A stretch of DNA of 64,000 nucleotides, from contig CAVTUQ010000010.1 of assembly GCA_963737905.1 (NCBI GenBank), positions 32,001 to 96,000 on the forward strand, given 5' to 3'. The translations under genes were made by a program, and so were the position numbers. This DNA comes from an uncultured delta proteobacterium (lineage in GTDB: Bacteria; Desulfobacterota; Binatia; UBA9968). Under the pieces are notes generated by a model. It made no database searches. It was not told the origin of the DNA and saw only the letters and a program-made list of their open reading frames with translations. Of this stretch, positions 1 to 9,071 are shown piece by piece; position 1 is the first letter of the stretch; every line of letters begins with the position of its first letter.

Positions 1-1
1 C

Positions 2-169
2 GTAGCTATCAGAGAAAATCCTCGCTTCTCAGCCAAAAAAGTTCTCGATGTTGACGAAGATACCGAGTTAAGCATCGTCGAGAACAAAGGCGATTGGCTC
101 AAAGTAAAAATAGCCGATGCTGGCTTCATCGGCTTTGTTAGAAAAGAATTTGTCTCGCCGATCAACTAG
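2..169 (+). CDS. C-terminal fragment of SH3b-domain protein (5' end outside window)
   Basis: Manual translation of frame 2: VAIRENPRFSAKKVLDVDEDTELSIVENKGDWLKVKIADAGFIGFVRKEFVSPIN*; pattern IRxxP...GDWLKV...GFV typical of bacterial SH3 domains. Confidence 0.7.
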   Translation, partial: VAIRENPRFSAKKVLDVDEDTELSIVENKGDWLKVKIADAGFIGFVRKEFVSPIN

Positions 170-302
170 CCGATTGCTGAAAAAGCCTTTGGGAGTCCTT
201 CGACCGGGCTCAGGACGAACGGAGGAAACTTGATATTGTTGATGAATTTCCGTTCATGCTGAAGTTCTCGAAGCATTCTTAATCTTTTTTTTCACCAACC
301 TG
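170..302. repeat. MITE/REP-like palindromic intergenic element
   Basis: Imperfect terminal inverted repeats (TTGCTGAAAAA ... TTTTTTCACCAA) enclosing inverted arms CTTCGACCGGGCTCAGGACGAACGGA / TCCGTTCATGCTGAAGTTCTCGAAG; starts right after the TAG stop. Confidence 0.7.
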
Positions 303-536
303 TCAGTGAGTTGTAAGGCTGAGTCGCTCAGGCCCAACAGAGCTAAGAGTTCCTCATCGAACCCGTCCCTGCACACAATTGTTTCGGAGTGCCTCCTTGA
401 CTCCGCTACGCTTCTTCTAAAGCTTCTCGAGAATCCAAACTCAAAATCGCCTTCCGTGTGTCTTGCCGTCAACGTCGGTCTGAGGTATTGGATAGCTCAT
501 AGATCGCTCACGATAAATCGCGGAGAATTGCTAAAA

Positions 537-947
537 ATGTCCGCTCTTAGAAAGGCCGCCGCATCCGTGGCATCGGAAAATTTTGGCTATCCAACGGGGA
601 TGGTCTGGTGTCCGATGAAAAGGAGCGGTATGGCCATCATGAAGTGCGCGCGATTGCAGAAGGAACTCGGGTGCGGAACTCGTCGAGAGCTTCAAATGCT
701 TAAAGCAACCAAGCCCGAACGTGTTGTTCTCTTCTGGCCCTGGCTCCGAAATCGAGGCGAGTGCCCAGAGCGGGCGACCGAAAAGCAGATTCGAGAGATC
801 CTACTGGTGCTTACCCCTCTGAAGCTAGTGGAGCGCAGCAGAAAAAATCCGCGGACTTACCAGTGTCCGAGGTGCGGAGGTCCGAAGATCTTCGGTGCGC
901 GTCAGTGCCGCCAATGCTGGCTCATTTCGGTGAGGAGATCGGTGTGA
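537..947 (+). CDS. Small Cys-rich hypothetical protein with C-terminal zinc ribbon
   Basis: Part of ORF 306..947; GGAG upstream of ATG 537; CPRC-x10-CRQC at C-terminus plus four further Cys. Confidence 0.5.
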   Translation: MSALRKAAASVASENFGYPTGMVWCPMKRSGMAIMKCARLQKELGCGTRRELQMLKATKPERVVLFWPWLRNRGECPERATEKQIREILLVLTPLKLVERSRKNPRTYQCPRCGGPKIFGARQCRQCWLISVRRSV

Positions 948-990
948 CGGTTCAACTACTCGAACGATTTGAAATGCTTCAACTATTATT

Positions 991-1317
991 ATGATGAATT
1001 CGGAACGGCAAAAGCGGGAAAAAGAAATCGAGAGGCTCATGCAGGGGACGGGTGTAAGCCAAGAGGCAGACGCCGCTTTCCAGGAAGAAGTCAGGAAAGC
1101 CGCTGCCGCCATGGTTGAGCAAGAAACGAGCAGGATTCAGAAAAGTGAGCGAACGGAGCGGCGTAAACGAGCGATCAGCCCGGCGACAGCTGGCCTATGG
1201 CTGCTCGCGATCGGAGCCGGACTGACATTTGCCATGCCGATCCTGGGAGAGGTGCTTATCGTTTGCGGTGTTGCCGCCATCATCTGGGCTACTTTTCTGA
1301 AGCCGTCAAAAAAATAG
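991..1317 (+). CDS. Hypothetical membrane protein (charged N-terminus, two C-terminal TM helices)
   Basis: 108-aa ORF; hydrophobic hairpin AGLWLLAIGAGLTFAMPILGEVLIVCGVAAIIWATF. Confidence 0.65.
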   Translation: MMNSERQKREKEIERLMQGTGVSQEADAAFQEEVRKAAAAMVEQETSRIQKSERTERRKRAISPATAGLWLLAIGAGLTFAMPILGEVLIVCGVAAIIWATFLKPSKK

Positions 1318-1540
1318 CTCTCCACCACTTGTGGTGAGTCCGTTTATCCGTCTTCTCGCGACCGCGACTCTTGTTACGAGCCAAACTCACAGGTTTCTCG
1401 CAACGGAAACGTTGCCTCTCCCCTCTTCCTTCTCAATTCGAACATCGGGTTTTGTCAATCGTTTTTTCAATCTCGCCCGGGGTCAAAAGGACGAGACGAT
1501 TTGAGCTCGCTTTCAGCTCGTGACCAAGCCAGACTTCAAG

Positions 1541-1570
1541 TTGACACCAAAGTGCCTTATCAGATATTTT
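1541..1570 (+). promoter_or_regulatory. Candidate sigma70 promoter for the Rieske/ABC cluster
   Basis: TTGACA at 1541-1546, 18-nt spacer, TATTTT at 1565-1570, about 170 nt upstream of the first Rieske gene. Confidence 0.35.
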
Positions 1571-1739
1571 CCGCCACAAATGGCGCACCGTACCAATTAA
1601 GTCAATCGGTCGCTGAAAGCCAAGTTTGCTTTCCGTTTCGACAACCAGTCGCTCAATTTTTCAGAGGTCAGACTGAATCGAACAAGACGTGCTCCAGTGC
1701 AAATCGAAAGCACGGTAAATAACAAGGAAGGAAAGAACC

Positions 1740-2906
1740 ATGGCATTGAGTTTTGACGAGAACGAAATGTTAACCCGTGTGGGTCCCGGGACGCCTGGAG
1801 GCGACTTATTGCGCCGTTATTGGCATCCCGTCGGGTTTTCTACGGAATTAAAGGATAGACCGAAGCGGAGAAGGCTTCTAGGCGAAGACCTCGTTCTCTT
1901 TCGCGATGATGCCCGCAGACTCGGGTTACTTGAGCTACGGTGCTTACACAGAGGAACTTCTCTTGAATTCGGCCATATCGAGGATGGCGGCCTGCGTTGT
2001 TGTTACCATGGTTGGCTTTACGATGTTGACGGGCGTGTGTTGGAGCAGCCGGGCGAGCCGCCGGAGAGCAGCTTTAAAGAGCGCATTCGTCAACGCGCCT
2101 ATAAGGTTCAAGAGCTTGCCGGGATCATTTTTGCCTACCTCGGTCCCGACCCGGCGCCGCTCTTGCCCCGCTACGATGTACTGGTGCGAGAAGACGGAGT
2201 TCGATCCTTGAGCGCGCGGCTGGTTCACTGCAACTATTTGCAAATGGTGGAGAACAGCGTCGATCAGCACCATTTCAAGTGGCTCCATCGAACTCCCAAG
2301 ACCAGGCACTGGAAAGAAGAAAAGCTCACTTCTGAAGTTACCGATTTCGGCATCCGCGACACGTTTACGCGCCGTGTGGGAGACGATTACTTCAGGACCA
2401 TAAGCTTATTTCTCATGCCCAATATGAACAAAGTCGGTTATCACCTGTCTGAAGACCATCCGGCCGCCTTTGCCGCTACTCACGAAGGATATGAGGCGCT
2501 ACGCTGGCGTGTTGCAGTGGATGACACTACGACCATGCACTTCACGCTCTACTTCGCTCCGAGCGTCGACGGCAAGGTAGCGGCGAAGATTCCTGAAGAT
2601 CGACAGCACGAAGGTCTCGGCGATAGCATTCCGGGGAAATATCGCTGGGACGAGGAAACGGGTTGGATTGCACGAGGCGATCAGGACCGCTGCGCGCAGG
2701 AGAGTCAAGGACCGGTTTTGGACCGAACGGCAGAACACCTGGGCGTGTCCGACGAAGGTGTCATCCTGCTGCGGCGGTTATTCAAGGACTGCATCGAATC
2801 GGTGGAGAAGGGACAAGATCCCGTGGGCGTTGTTCGAGATACGGCGAAAAACGAAATCATTCGCCTGGTGCCAGGCGAGTACAAGGTCAATCCAGCGGGG
2901 TTATAA
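1740..2906 (+). CDS. Rieske non-heme iron oxygenase alpha subunit (LigXa/phthalate 4,5-dioxygenase-like), subtype A
   Basis: LTRVGPGTPGG..RRYWHP N-terminus; Rieske ligands CLH...CCYH; mononuclear Fe motif ENSVDQHHFKWLH and DQDRCAQESQG; RBS AAGGAAGG. Confidence 0.92.
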   Translation: MALSFDENEMLTRVGPGTPGGDLLRRYWHPVGFSTELKDRPKRRRLLGEDLVLFRDDARRLGLLELRCLHRGTSLEFGHIEDGGLRCCYHGWLYDVDGRVLEQPGEPPESSFKERIRQRAYKVQELAGIIFAYLGPDPAPLLPRYDVLVREDGVRSLSARLVHCNYLQMVENSVDQHHFKWLHRTPKTRHWKEEKLTSEVTDFGIRDTFTRRVGDDYFRTISLFLMPNMNKVGYHLSEDHPAAFAATHEGYEALRWRVAVDDTTTMHFTLYFAPSVDGKVAAKIPEDRQHEGLGDSIPGKYRWDEETGWIARGDQDRCAQESQGPVLDRTAEHLGVSDEGVILLRRLFKDCIESVEKGQDPVGVVRDTAKNEIIRLVPGEYKVNPAGL

Positions 2907-2907
2907 A

Positions 2908-3999
2908 ATGCGGCCATCTGGAAACGGCTTTCTTTGGTTAGGAATAGTAGGTTTAGCCGCCACGTTAGTTGGAACTTGCCCGGTCGATGCAGCGGAAAGC
3001 GTGGACGCGATTGTCGCCGCCTCCAAAAAAGAGGGAGATGAGATTGTCTTTGTCGCCGGAGCGCAAACTTTCGGCGGACGAAAAGGCCTCGCCGAGCTGG
3101 AGACGGGCTTTAACAAGAGATTCGGCCTCAAAGCAAATATCAATTTCGCCGCCGGTCCGGATATGAATGCGCGAGCGGCGCGGCTTATCACCGAGGTAAA
3201 AGCCGGCAGAAAATCTTCCACCGATCTCTACCTCGGCTCGCAATCCCATTTCGCGCTGCTCCATAAGGAGAACGCACTAGAGATAGTGAACTATTCAGGA
3301 ATATTTCCCTGGTTAACCAAAGAGATGGAGATCTTTCCCGGAGAGGGGGTGCTCGTTTACACGTCGCCCAACGGGATCATTTACAACACCAATTTGATTC
3401 CCAAGGACAAGGCGCCGAAGAACTACATGGACTTGATTGATCCTCGCCTAAGCCCCATGTGGGCGGGGAAGTTGGCGATCCCGCCCTACGTAGCATGGCT
3501 TGCTGAGTTGTCCCTGGCGTGGGGACAGGAAAAAGTGAAAGATTTTGCCCGCAAACTGGTTGCCATCAGCGGCGGCCGGCTCCGGTACAGCGAGGAGGAA
3601 CGGATTGTCAGCGGGGAATTTCCGATCATGGCGAATATCGGAGATGCCTTCGGAGCAATGTGGACCTGGCAGGCCAAGGGAGCGCCGTTGGTTGGTGTGC
3701 CTGGTCTGAATCCGATCAATACCGACTACTTCCAGTTAGGCGTTCCAAAAAACGCCGCACATCCGAACCTGGCAAAGTTGTTCGTCGCTTTCATGGCCTC
3801 CAAGGAGGCGCAGGCCGTTCTGCAGAAGCACGAATCCCGTAGTTCTCATCTCGTAGAGGGTACGATAATGGCGAAATATCTCCGGGATAATCATATCAAG
3901 GTCCAAGAGCCCAAGGAGTCGATCGATTATTACCTCAAGGGAGACTCGGCGGAGGGGCTACAATTCAAAGAAGATCTAGCGAAGATACTGAAGCAATAA
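2908..3999 (+). CDS. ABC transporter substrate-binding protein (Fe3+/thiamine/polyamine-type cluster)
   Basis: ATG 2 nt after Rieske stop; signal peptide; YNTNLIP..APK.Y.DL.DP and PKNAAHPNLAKLF motifs. Confidence 0.88.
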   Translation: MRPSGNGFLWLGIVGLAATLVGTCPVDAAESVDAIVAASKKEGDEIVFVAGAQTFGGRKGLAELETGFNKRFGLKANINFAAGPDMNARAARLITEVKAGRKSSTDLYLGSQSHFALLHKENALEIVNYSGIFPWLTKEMEIFPGEGVLVYTSPNGIIYNTNLIPKDKAPKNYMDLIDPRLSPMWAGKLAIPPYVAWLAELSLAWGQEKVKDFARKLVAISGGRLRYSEEERIVSGEFPIMANIGDAFGAMWTWQAKGAPLVGVPGLNPINTDYFQLGVPKNAAHPNLAKLFVAFMASKEAQAVLQKHESRSSHLVEGTIMAKYLRDNHIKVQEPKESIDYYLKGDSAEGLQFKEDLAKILKQ

Positions 4000-4000
4000 A

Positions 4001-4173
4001 CAGGCCGATGAAAAAAGCCCACCTGCTTCGTTGCGCTTCGATCGACTCGCTCTAGTTGGCTTATGGCGTATGGCTCATAGCGTATGGTTCGTATGTTTCA
4101 ACTATATGCCATAAGCTATCAGCCATATGCGAACTACGCGCGCCTCGCATCTGGGACTTTTTTGATCGGCCTG
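4001..4173. mobile_element. 173-bp MITE-like element, copy 1 (with internal heptamer palindrome)
   Basis: TIRs CAGGCCGATGAAAAAAG / CTTTTTTGATCGGCCTG; near-identical copy at 10146..10318. Confidence 0.8.
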
Positions 4174-4202
4174 AAAACCGGCTTGATCAAAAGGAGGAAA
4201 TA

Positions 4203-5183
4203 TTGAAGATCGTAATTTTGGCAGTTAGCCTGCTTTTATCTTTTTCTCCCGTTGCCTCGGCTCAGCTCACCAAATTGATCGCTGGCTACGGTTCAATTAG
4301 CTCAGCGCAGTTGCCAGCCTGGATGGCGAAAGAATCAGGAATATTTCGCCAAAACGGTTTGGAGGTCGAGCTGGTTTTTTTTAGAGGAAGCACCACCGCG
4401 GTGATGGCCCTACTAGCAAGGGAAACCCCGATAAGTCAGGTGACTGGTCCGCCGGTCGTGAGTGCAAGCCTCAGGGGCGCCGATTCGGTGATGGTTGCTG
4501 GGGGAGCCGTGGTCGCGGACTACTGGCTCATGAGTCGATCAGAGACCAAAACCGCTGAGGAGCTCAAAGGGGGCTCCGTTGCCGTCTCCACGTTTGGCGG
4601 CCAGTCCGAGTTTGTCGCTCGCATTGCGCTGAAGAAGCTCGGCCTGACTCCGGGGAAGGATGTCACAATGGTGCAGATCGGAGCGCCACCGGATCGCCTG
4701 ACTGCCTTGCAGACAGGAAAGGTCCGAGGCGCTTTGCTCAACCCACCCGACAGCTTCGTCGGCGAGAAAAAGGGCTTTTACACTCTAGTGCAGGTGAGCG
4801 TGGCTACTCAGAGCACCGGAGTGGCAACAACTCGTAGATTCATTCGGGAAAATCCTGACGTCGTCAAAAAATACGTCAGGTCTCAGATCGAGGCTGTCCA
4901 CCGAATTAAGACAGATCGGGTGGCCGGGATGAATGTCCTCGTGAAATACCTCGGCCCGCAGGACAAGGAGATTCTAGAAAAAACCTACGATGACGCTAGC
5001 AATGACCGAAAGCTTCCTCCTAAACAATATCCGACACTGGAAGGCATCAAGAACATCTTAGATCCGCTAGCGGAGACGGATCCTAAGGCAAAGGCTGCCA
5101 AGCCTGAGGACTTTGTCGATATGAGTTTTATTCGAGAGCTGGATCAGAGCGGATACATTGACAGTCTATACAAGAAGAGATGA
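4203..5183 (+). CDS. ABC transporter substrate-binding protein, NMT1/SsuA/TauA family
   Basis: AAGGAGG RBS then TTG 4203; signal peptide; W.AKE.G.F...GL.VEL and LKGG.VAVS.FG motifs. Confidence 0.88.
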   Translation: MKIVILAVSLLLSFSPVASAQLTKLIAGYGSISSAQLPAWMAKESGIFRQNGLEVELVFFRGSTTAVMALLARETPISQVTGPPVVSASLRGADSVMVAGGAVVADYWLMSRSETKTAEELKGGSVAVSTFGGQSEFVARIALKKLGLTPGKDVTMVQIGAPPDRLTALQTGKVRGALLNPPDSFVGEKKGFYTLVQVSVATQSTGVATTRRFIRENPDVVKKYVRSQIEAVHRIKTDRVAGMNVLVKYLGPQDKEILEKTYDDASNDRKLPPKQYPTLEGIKNILDPLAETDPKAKAAKPEDFVDMSFIRELDQSGYIDSLYKKR

Positions 5184-5207
5184 TTCGAACAAGAACTCGA
5201 CGTAATA

Positions 5208-5258
5208 GGAAATGGAATAATGGAGTGATGGATTTAAATTCCAATCTCAGTACTCCAC
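5208..5258. repeat. 8-bp periodic repeat with inverted arm (TGGAGTAN-type)
   Basis: TGGAATAA TGGAGTGA TGG ... TCCAATCTCAGTACTCCA; same family at 7648..7687 and 24158..24177. Confidence 0.6.
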
Positions 5259-5306
5259 CGTTCTGACCTTGCCGGATGCCCACGTTAGAAAGAAGGGGAT
5301 AGACCC

Positions 5307-6443
5307 ATGTTGTCGAAGGAAGAAAACGAATTATTGACACGAGTGGGACCCGGAACGCCCGCAGGGGAGATGCTCAGACGCTACTGGTGGCCGGTGGGAT
5401 TTACCGAGCAGGTCAAGTTGAAAGGCAGTCCGACTCGCGTTCGACTGCTCAGCGAGGACCTGGTTCTCTTTCGCGATGGCAGCGGCAAGCTAGGACTCTT
5501 AGGCCTCCACTGCTCGCACCGTGGGACTTCCCTGGAGTTCGGCCGAGTCGAAGATTCCGGCATTCGGTGCTGCTATCACGGCTGGCTTTACGATGTTGGC
5601 GGGCGATGTTTAGATCAGCCGGCGGAGCCTGAAAACGGTACTTTCAAGAACCGTGTCCAACATCCGGTTTACCAAGCTCAGGAAATCGGCGGATTCATCT
5701 TTGCTTACCTTGGTCCTGAGCCCGCTCCGTTATTGCCGAACTATGACTTGTTTCTCAGGGACGACGGCGAGCGCCACATTGGAGCGGGTCATGATTTTTG
5801 CAATTGGCTGCAGCGAGCTGAGAACTCGGTCGACCAGACGCATCTCGTCGCGCTTCATGCCCCGGAATACCCGCACATGGCTTTGAAGCGGCCGGTGATC
5901 GGCTGGGAGAGAACGCGCTATGGGGCGAAGATCTCCATGCATGTGCCGGATGTAACGAAGCCGAAGCTTTCGCACTGGGTATTTCCCTCGCACACCCGCC
6001 ACACCACGGCGCGCCGCGGGCGCATACCCGACCACGCGATTCGCTTCCGCGTTCCGATGGACGATACAAATACGATGACTTTCTGGCTGAGATTCTATCC
6101 GCATAGTGACGAAGAGCACGCGAAGCCTTTCGTCATGAAAACCCTCGGGTTCGAAGACGACCAGCCGGGCGTCTATACGCGCGTCGAAGACGGCTGGTGG
6201 GGTATTGCCTCACATGACCAGGATCGCGTAGCCCAGGAGAGTCAGGGGCTCATCTATGACCGGACCAAAGAACATCTTGGGGCCTCGGACCAGGGCGTTA
6301 TCATGCTGCGCAACATGATCAAAGAATCCATCGACGCCGTTGGGCAAGGCAAAGATCCCATCTGGATTATCCGAGACGCGAGCCAAAACGAAAATATAAC
6401 TTTCGATGCCAGCATGCAGCAGGAGATCGGAGCGTTGGGGTAG
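5307..6443 (+). CDS. Rieske non-heme iron oxygenase alpha subunit, subtype B
   Basis: RRYWWP; CSH...CCYH; CNWLQRAENSVDQTHLVALH; HDQDRVAQESQG. Confidence 0.92.
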   Translation: MLSKEENELLTRVGPGTPAGEMLRRYWWPVGFTEQVKLKGSPTRVRLLSEDLVLFRDGSGKLGLLGLHCSHRGTSLEFGRVEDSGIRCCYHGWLYDVGGRCLDQPAEPENGTFKNRVQHPVYQAQEIGGFIFAYLGPEPAPLLPNYDLFLRDDGERHIGAGHDFCNWLQRAENSVDQTHLVALHAPEYPHMALKRPVIGWERTRYGAKISMHVPDVTKPKLSHWVFPSHTRHTTARRGRIPDHAIRFRVPMDDTNTMTFWLRFYPHSDEEHAKPFVMKTLGFEDDQPGVYTRVEDGWWGIASHDQDRVAQESQGLIYDRTKEHLGASDQGVIMLRNMIKESIDAVGQGKDPIWIIRDASQNENITFDASMQQEIGALG

Positions 6444-6451
6444 ATTAAGGG

Positions 6452-6547
6452 CGTTCAAATCGTTCAAACGGTTCAAGCCGTTCAAAGCGCGCAGAAGCTC
6501 CGCCGAAGGCGGATCAGCCTCTGGCTGAGATTGAACAGCTTGAACGC
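6452..6547. repeat. 9-bp periodic repeat (CGTTCAANN) arms enclosing a REP-like hairpin
   Basis: CGTTCAAAT CGTTCAAAC GGTTCAAGC CGTTCAAAG; inner TCCGCCGAAGGCGGATCAGCCTCTGGCTGA; inverted arm TTGAACAGCTTGAACG. Confidence 0.75.
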
Positions 6548-6608
6548 ATGGACCTCTAGGGTCAGACGCGCAGAGGGCGCGAAGTCGGAAACACTATAGG
6601 AGAGTACA

Positions 6609-7646
6609 ATGAAGCAACCTGTTCTTATTGCAGATAGCGTCGAAACTCTCAACCGAGATATGGCCAAGAAGAATCTCGGGGGGCATTGGCAGTTGGGTCT
6701 TGAAAGTTGTGCTCCGTACCCGGAGACCACGGTTCAGCCGTGCCTGTGGAAATGGCAGGATGTTTACGAAAGCTTGATGCGGGCCGGCGAAGTAGTCAGC
6801 ATGGAAGAGGCTGAACGTCGAACTGTGCGTCTGCTAAATCCTGCGCTCCGCGATCGTCAAGCGACCACGCATACGATTCATTTTTCGTTCCAGTATGTAA
6901 AAACAGGCGAACACGCAAGGCCGCACCGGCACACTGCCGCCGCTTTCCGCTTTATTCTCAAGGGAAGCGGTGCCTACACCACGGTCAATGGGCAAAAGTG
7001 CGTGATGGAAGAGGGCGATCTGATCCTGACGCCGCAACTTAGCTGGCATGATCACACGAACGACTCGGGAAAACCGATTATCTGGCTCGACGGGCTTGAC
7101 ATTCCCCTGGTCCAATCTCTACAGCAGCTTCTTTTTGAGCCGCACCCTGAGTACGCGCAGCCGATTGAGAAAACCAGCGAAGAGGTGGCCGGTTCATACG
7201 GTCTTGTTCGGCCAGCTGATGTACTGGCAACCGAGTTTTTTCACTACAAGTGGTCTGACACACATCGAAGATTAAACGCACTGCTTGAGGCGGCCGCTCC
7301 CAATTGCTTTGACGGCTACCTTTTGGAATATCGGAACCCAACAACAGAGGGTCCCACGATGCCGACGATCCAGTGCTCTTTGAGTCTTCTCCGCCCAAAT
7401 CAAGAAACCGAAGCGCATCGACACACCAGCACAGTCATCTACCACGCGTTTCGCGGCCGCGGCTCGAGTTTTGTTGGTGACGAGCGCTTTGATTGGGAAG
7501 CGGGGGACTCTTTCGTTGTCCCGCTTTGGTATCCCCATCGTCACGTCAATCGCGCGGCTTCGGAAGAAGCGATTCTGTTCTCGATGACCGATGCTCCAGT
7601 GTTAAAGTCTCTTGGTCTATATCGCGAGGAGCCGATGGGGGTATAG
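6609..7646 (+). CDS. Gentisate 1,2-dioxygenase-like bicupin ring-cleavage dioxygenase
   Basis: AERR..RL.NP, HRHTAAAFRF, WHDH, WLDGLDIPLV, second cupin HRHT...W..GD.FVVP.W. Confidence 0.85.
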   Translation: MKQPVLIADSVETLNRDMAKKNLGGHWQLGLESCAPYPETTVQPCLWKWQDVYESLMRAGEVVSMEEAERRTVRLLNPALRDRQATTHTIHFSFQYVKTGEHARPHRHTAAAFRFILKGSGAYTTVNGQKCVMEEGDLILTPQLSWHDHTNDSGKPIIWLDGLDIPLVQSLQQLLFEPHPEYAQPIEKTSEEVAGSYGLVRPADVLATEFFHYKWSDTHRRLNALLEAAAPNCFDGYLLEYRNPTTEGPTMPTIQCSLSLLRPNQETEAHRHTSTVIYHAFRGRGSSFVGDERFDWEAGDSFVVPLWYPHRHVNRAASEEAILFSMTDAPVLKSLGLYREEPMGV

Positions 7647-7647
7647 G

Positions 7648-7687
7648 CAATGGAATAGTGGAGTACTGGAGTATTGGGGTGCTGGAT
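7648..7687. repeat. 8-bp periodic repeat
   Basis: TGGAATAG TGGAGTAC TGGAGTAT TGGGGTGC TGGA directly after the cupin stop. Confidence 0.65.
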
Positions 7688-7757
7688 TCAAGATGCCGGC
7701 ATTGCTTTACTCGAACGGAAGAATCATCGCCGTGTTCAGAAAGAGGAGATCGTTCCA

Positions 7758-8906
7758 ATGTTAACGAAGGAAGAGAACGAGTTTCTCACCAGAGTAGGGC
7801 CGGGGACGCCCGCGGGAGAAATGTTGCGGCGCTATTGGCATCCGATGGCGTTTGTCAAAGAACTGAAGGGAAGGCCGCTGCGCAGACGAATTTTGGGCGA
7901 AGATCTTGTTCTCTTTCGCGACGAGCAAAATCGACTGGGATTGCTCGCGCTCCGCTGCTCGCATCGCGGTACTTCTCTGGAATTCGGCCACCTGGAGGAT
8001 GGCGGTTTGCGTTGCTGCTACCATGGCTGGCTTTACGATGTCGAAGGGCGGGTGCTGGAAATGCCCGGCGAGCCTGGCGACAGCACCTTCGGGCAACGCG
8101 TTCGTCACCCCGCTTATAAAGTTCAAGAGTTGGGCGGTGTGGTTTTCGCCTATCTTGGACCCGAGCCGGCGTCGCTTCTGCCGCGCTGGGACGTGCTGGT
8201 CAGGGAGGACGGTGTGCGAGCTCGGCGAGCCAGAACCGTGAATTGTAATTTTTTTCAGATGATCGAAAATTCCGTGGATCAAAATCACTTGCGCTGGCTC
8301 CATCGAACAGCCTCGACGCCAACGTGGGAGGACGGCGAGATCAATCCTCAAGTTTTCGAATATGGCGTTTTGAACACTTACACCCGGCGGGTCGCCGATG
8401 GAAAACGATATGCTCACGTTAATTTTTTCGTCATGCCGACCATGAACAAAACCGGCAATGTCGAAGAGGGTCACCCGACGGAGCACCGCGCGAGCAGTGC
8501 AGGCGAGGTGATGCGTTGGCGAGTGCCCATCGACGACACCCATACGATGCACTTCACTGTGGAATTCGGCGCTACCGTCGATGGCGGGCCGGTCGCGAAA
8601 ATCATGAAGGATGCATCTGAGCAAGGACTTGTTGAGAGCAAGCCCGGGGTCTACAAATGGGATGAATCGATCAACTGGTTTGCTCGCGGAGACCAGGACC
8701 GGGTCGCGCAGGAGAGCCAGGGACCGATCTATGACCGGACCAGTGAGCATCTGGGCTACACGGATCGGGGTGTCATCCTTTTGCGCCGTCTCTATAAGGA
8801 ATCCATCGAAGCGGTGCAGAAAGGTCTGGATCCGCTGGGCGTCGTCAGAGACTTAGGGAAAAATGAGATGATTCGGCTGGTACCGCATGAAGATTTGCTG
8901 GATTAG
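7758..8906 (+). CDS. Rieske non-heme iron oxygenase alpha subunit, subtype A
   Basis: GAGGAG RBS, ATG 7758 (MLTKEENE); CSH...CCYH; ENSVDQNHLRWLH; ARGDQDRVAQESQG; closest in window to 1740..2906. Confidence 0.92.
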   Translation: MLTKEENEFLTRVGPGTPAGEMLRRYWHPMAFVKELKGRPLRRRILGEDLVLFRDEQNRLGLLALRCSHRGTSLEFGHLEDGGLRCCYHGWLYDVEGRVLEMPGEPGDSTFGQRVRHPAYKVQELGGVVFAYLGPEPASLLPRWDVLVREDGVRARRARTVNCNFFQMIENSVDQNHLRWLHRTASTPTWEDGEINPQVFEYGVLNTYTRRVADGKRYAHVNFFVMPTMNKTGNVEEGHPTEHRASSAGEVMRWRVPIDDTHTMHFTVEFGATVDGGPVAKIMKDASEQGLVESKPGVYKWDESINWFARGDQDRVAQESQGPIYDRTSEHLGYTDRGVILLRRLYKESIEAVQKGLDPLGVVRDLGKNEMIRLVPHEDLLD

Positions 8907-9033
8907 CAGACCGATGAAAAAGGCCCATCTGCTTCGTTGCGCCTCGATCGGCTCGCTCCAACGTACGACCGTAGTACGCCTCCGCTTGCCGATCATCGCG
9001 CGCCTTGCTGCTGAGACCTTTTTGATCGGTCTG
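8907..9033. mobile_element. 127-bp MITE-like element, same family as 4001/10146 but with a different core
   Basis: TIRs CAGACCGATGAAAAAGG / CCTTTTTGATCGGTCTG; shared subterminal GCCCATCTGCTTCGTTGCGC; core CGTACGACCGTAGTACG; begins immediately after TAG. Confidence 0.75.
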
Positions 9034-9071
9034 CAAACTGGTATGGCCAGCAGCTGATGAGGGAGAATTCA

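Noticed and set aside
1400-1415. GCAACG-GAAA-CGTTGC tetraloop hairpin as part of a riboswitch or ncRNA upstream of the Rieske cluster
   Set aside because: Single short hairpin; I could not match the surroundings to any known RNA family by eye.
2668-2907. Extended starts of ORFs 2668..3999, 49633..51327 and 57425..58924
   Set aside because: Extensions overlap neighbouring genes; signal peptides or family N-termini begin at 2908, 50107 and 57512.
4056-4202. N-terminal extensions and small ORFs reading through repeats (also 7674, 11477, 10264..10623, 37619..37828, 48314..48592)
   Set aside because: They translate repeat DNA; better RBS-supported starts lie downstream.
7761-8750. Long antisense ORF (329 aa) and similar ones (18336..19079, 19559..20368, 38782..39630, 60776..61603)
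   Set aside because: Shadow ORFs opposite well-supported genes in GC-rich DNA, with no recognisable motifs.
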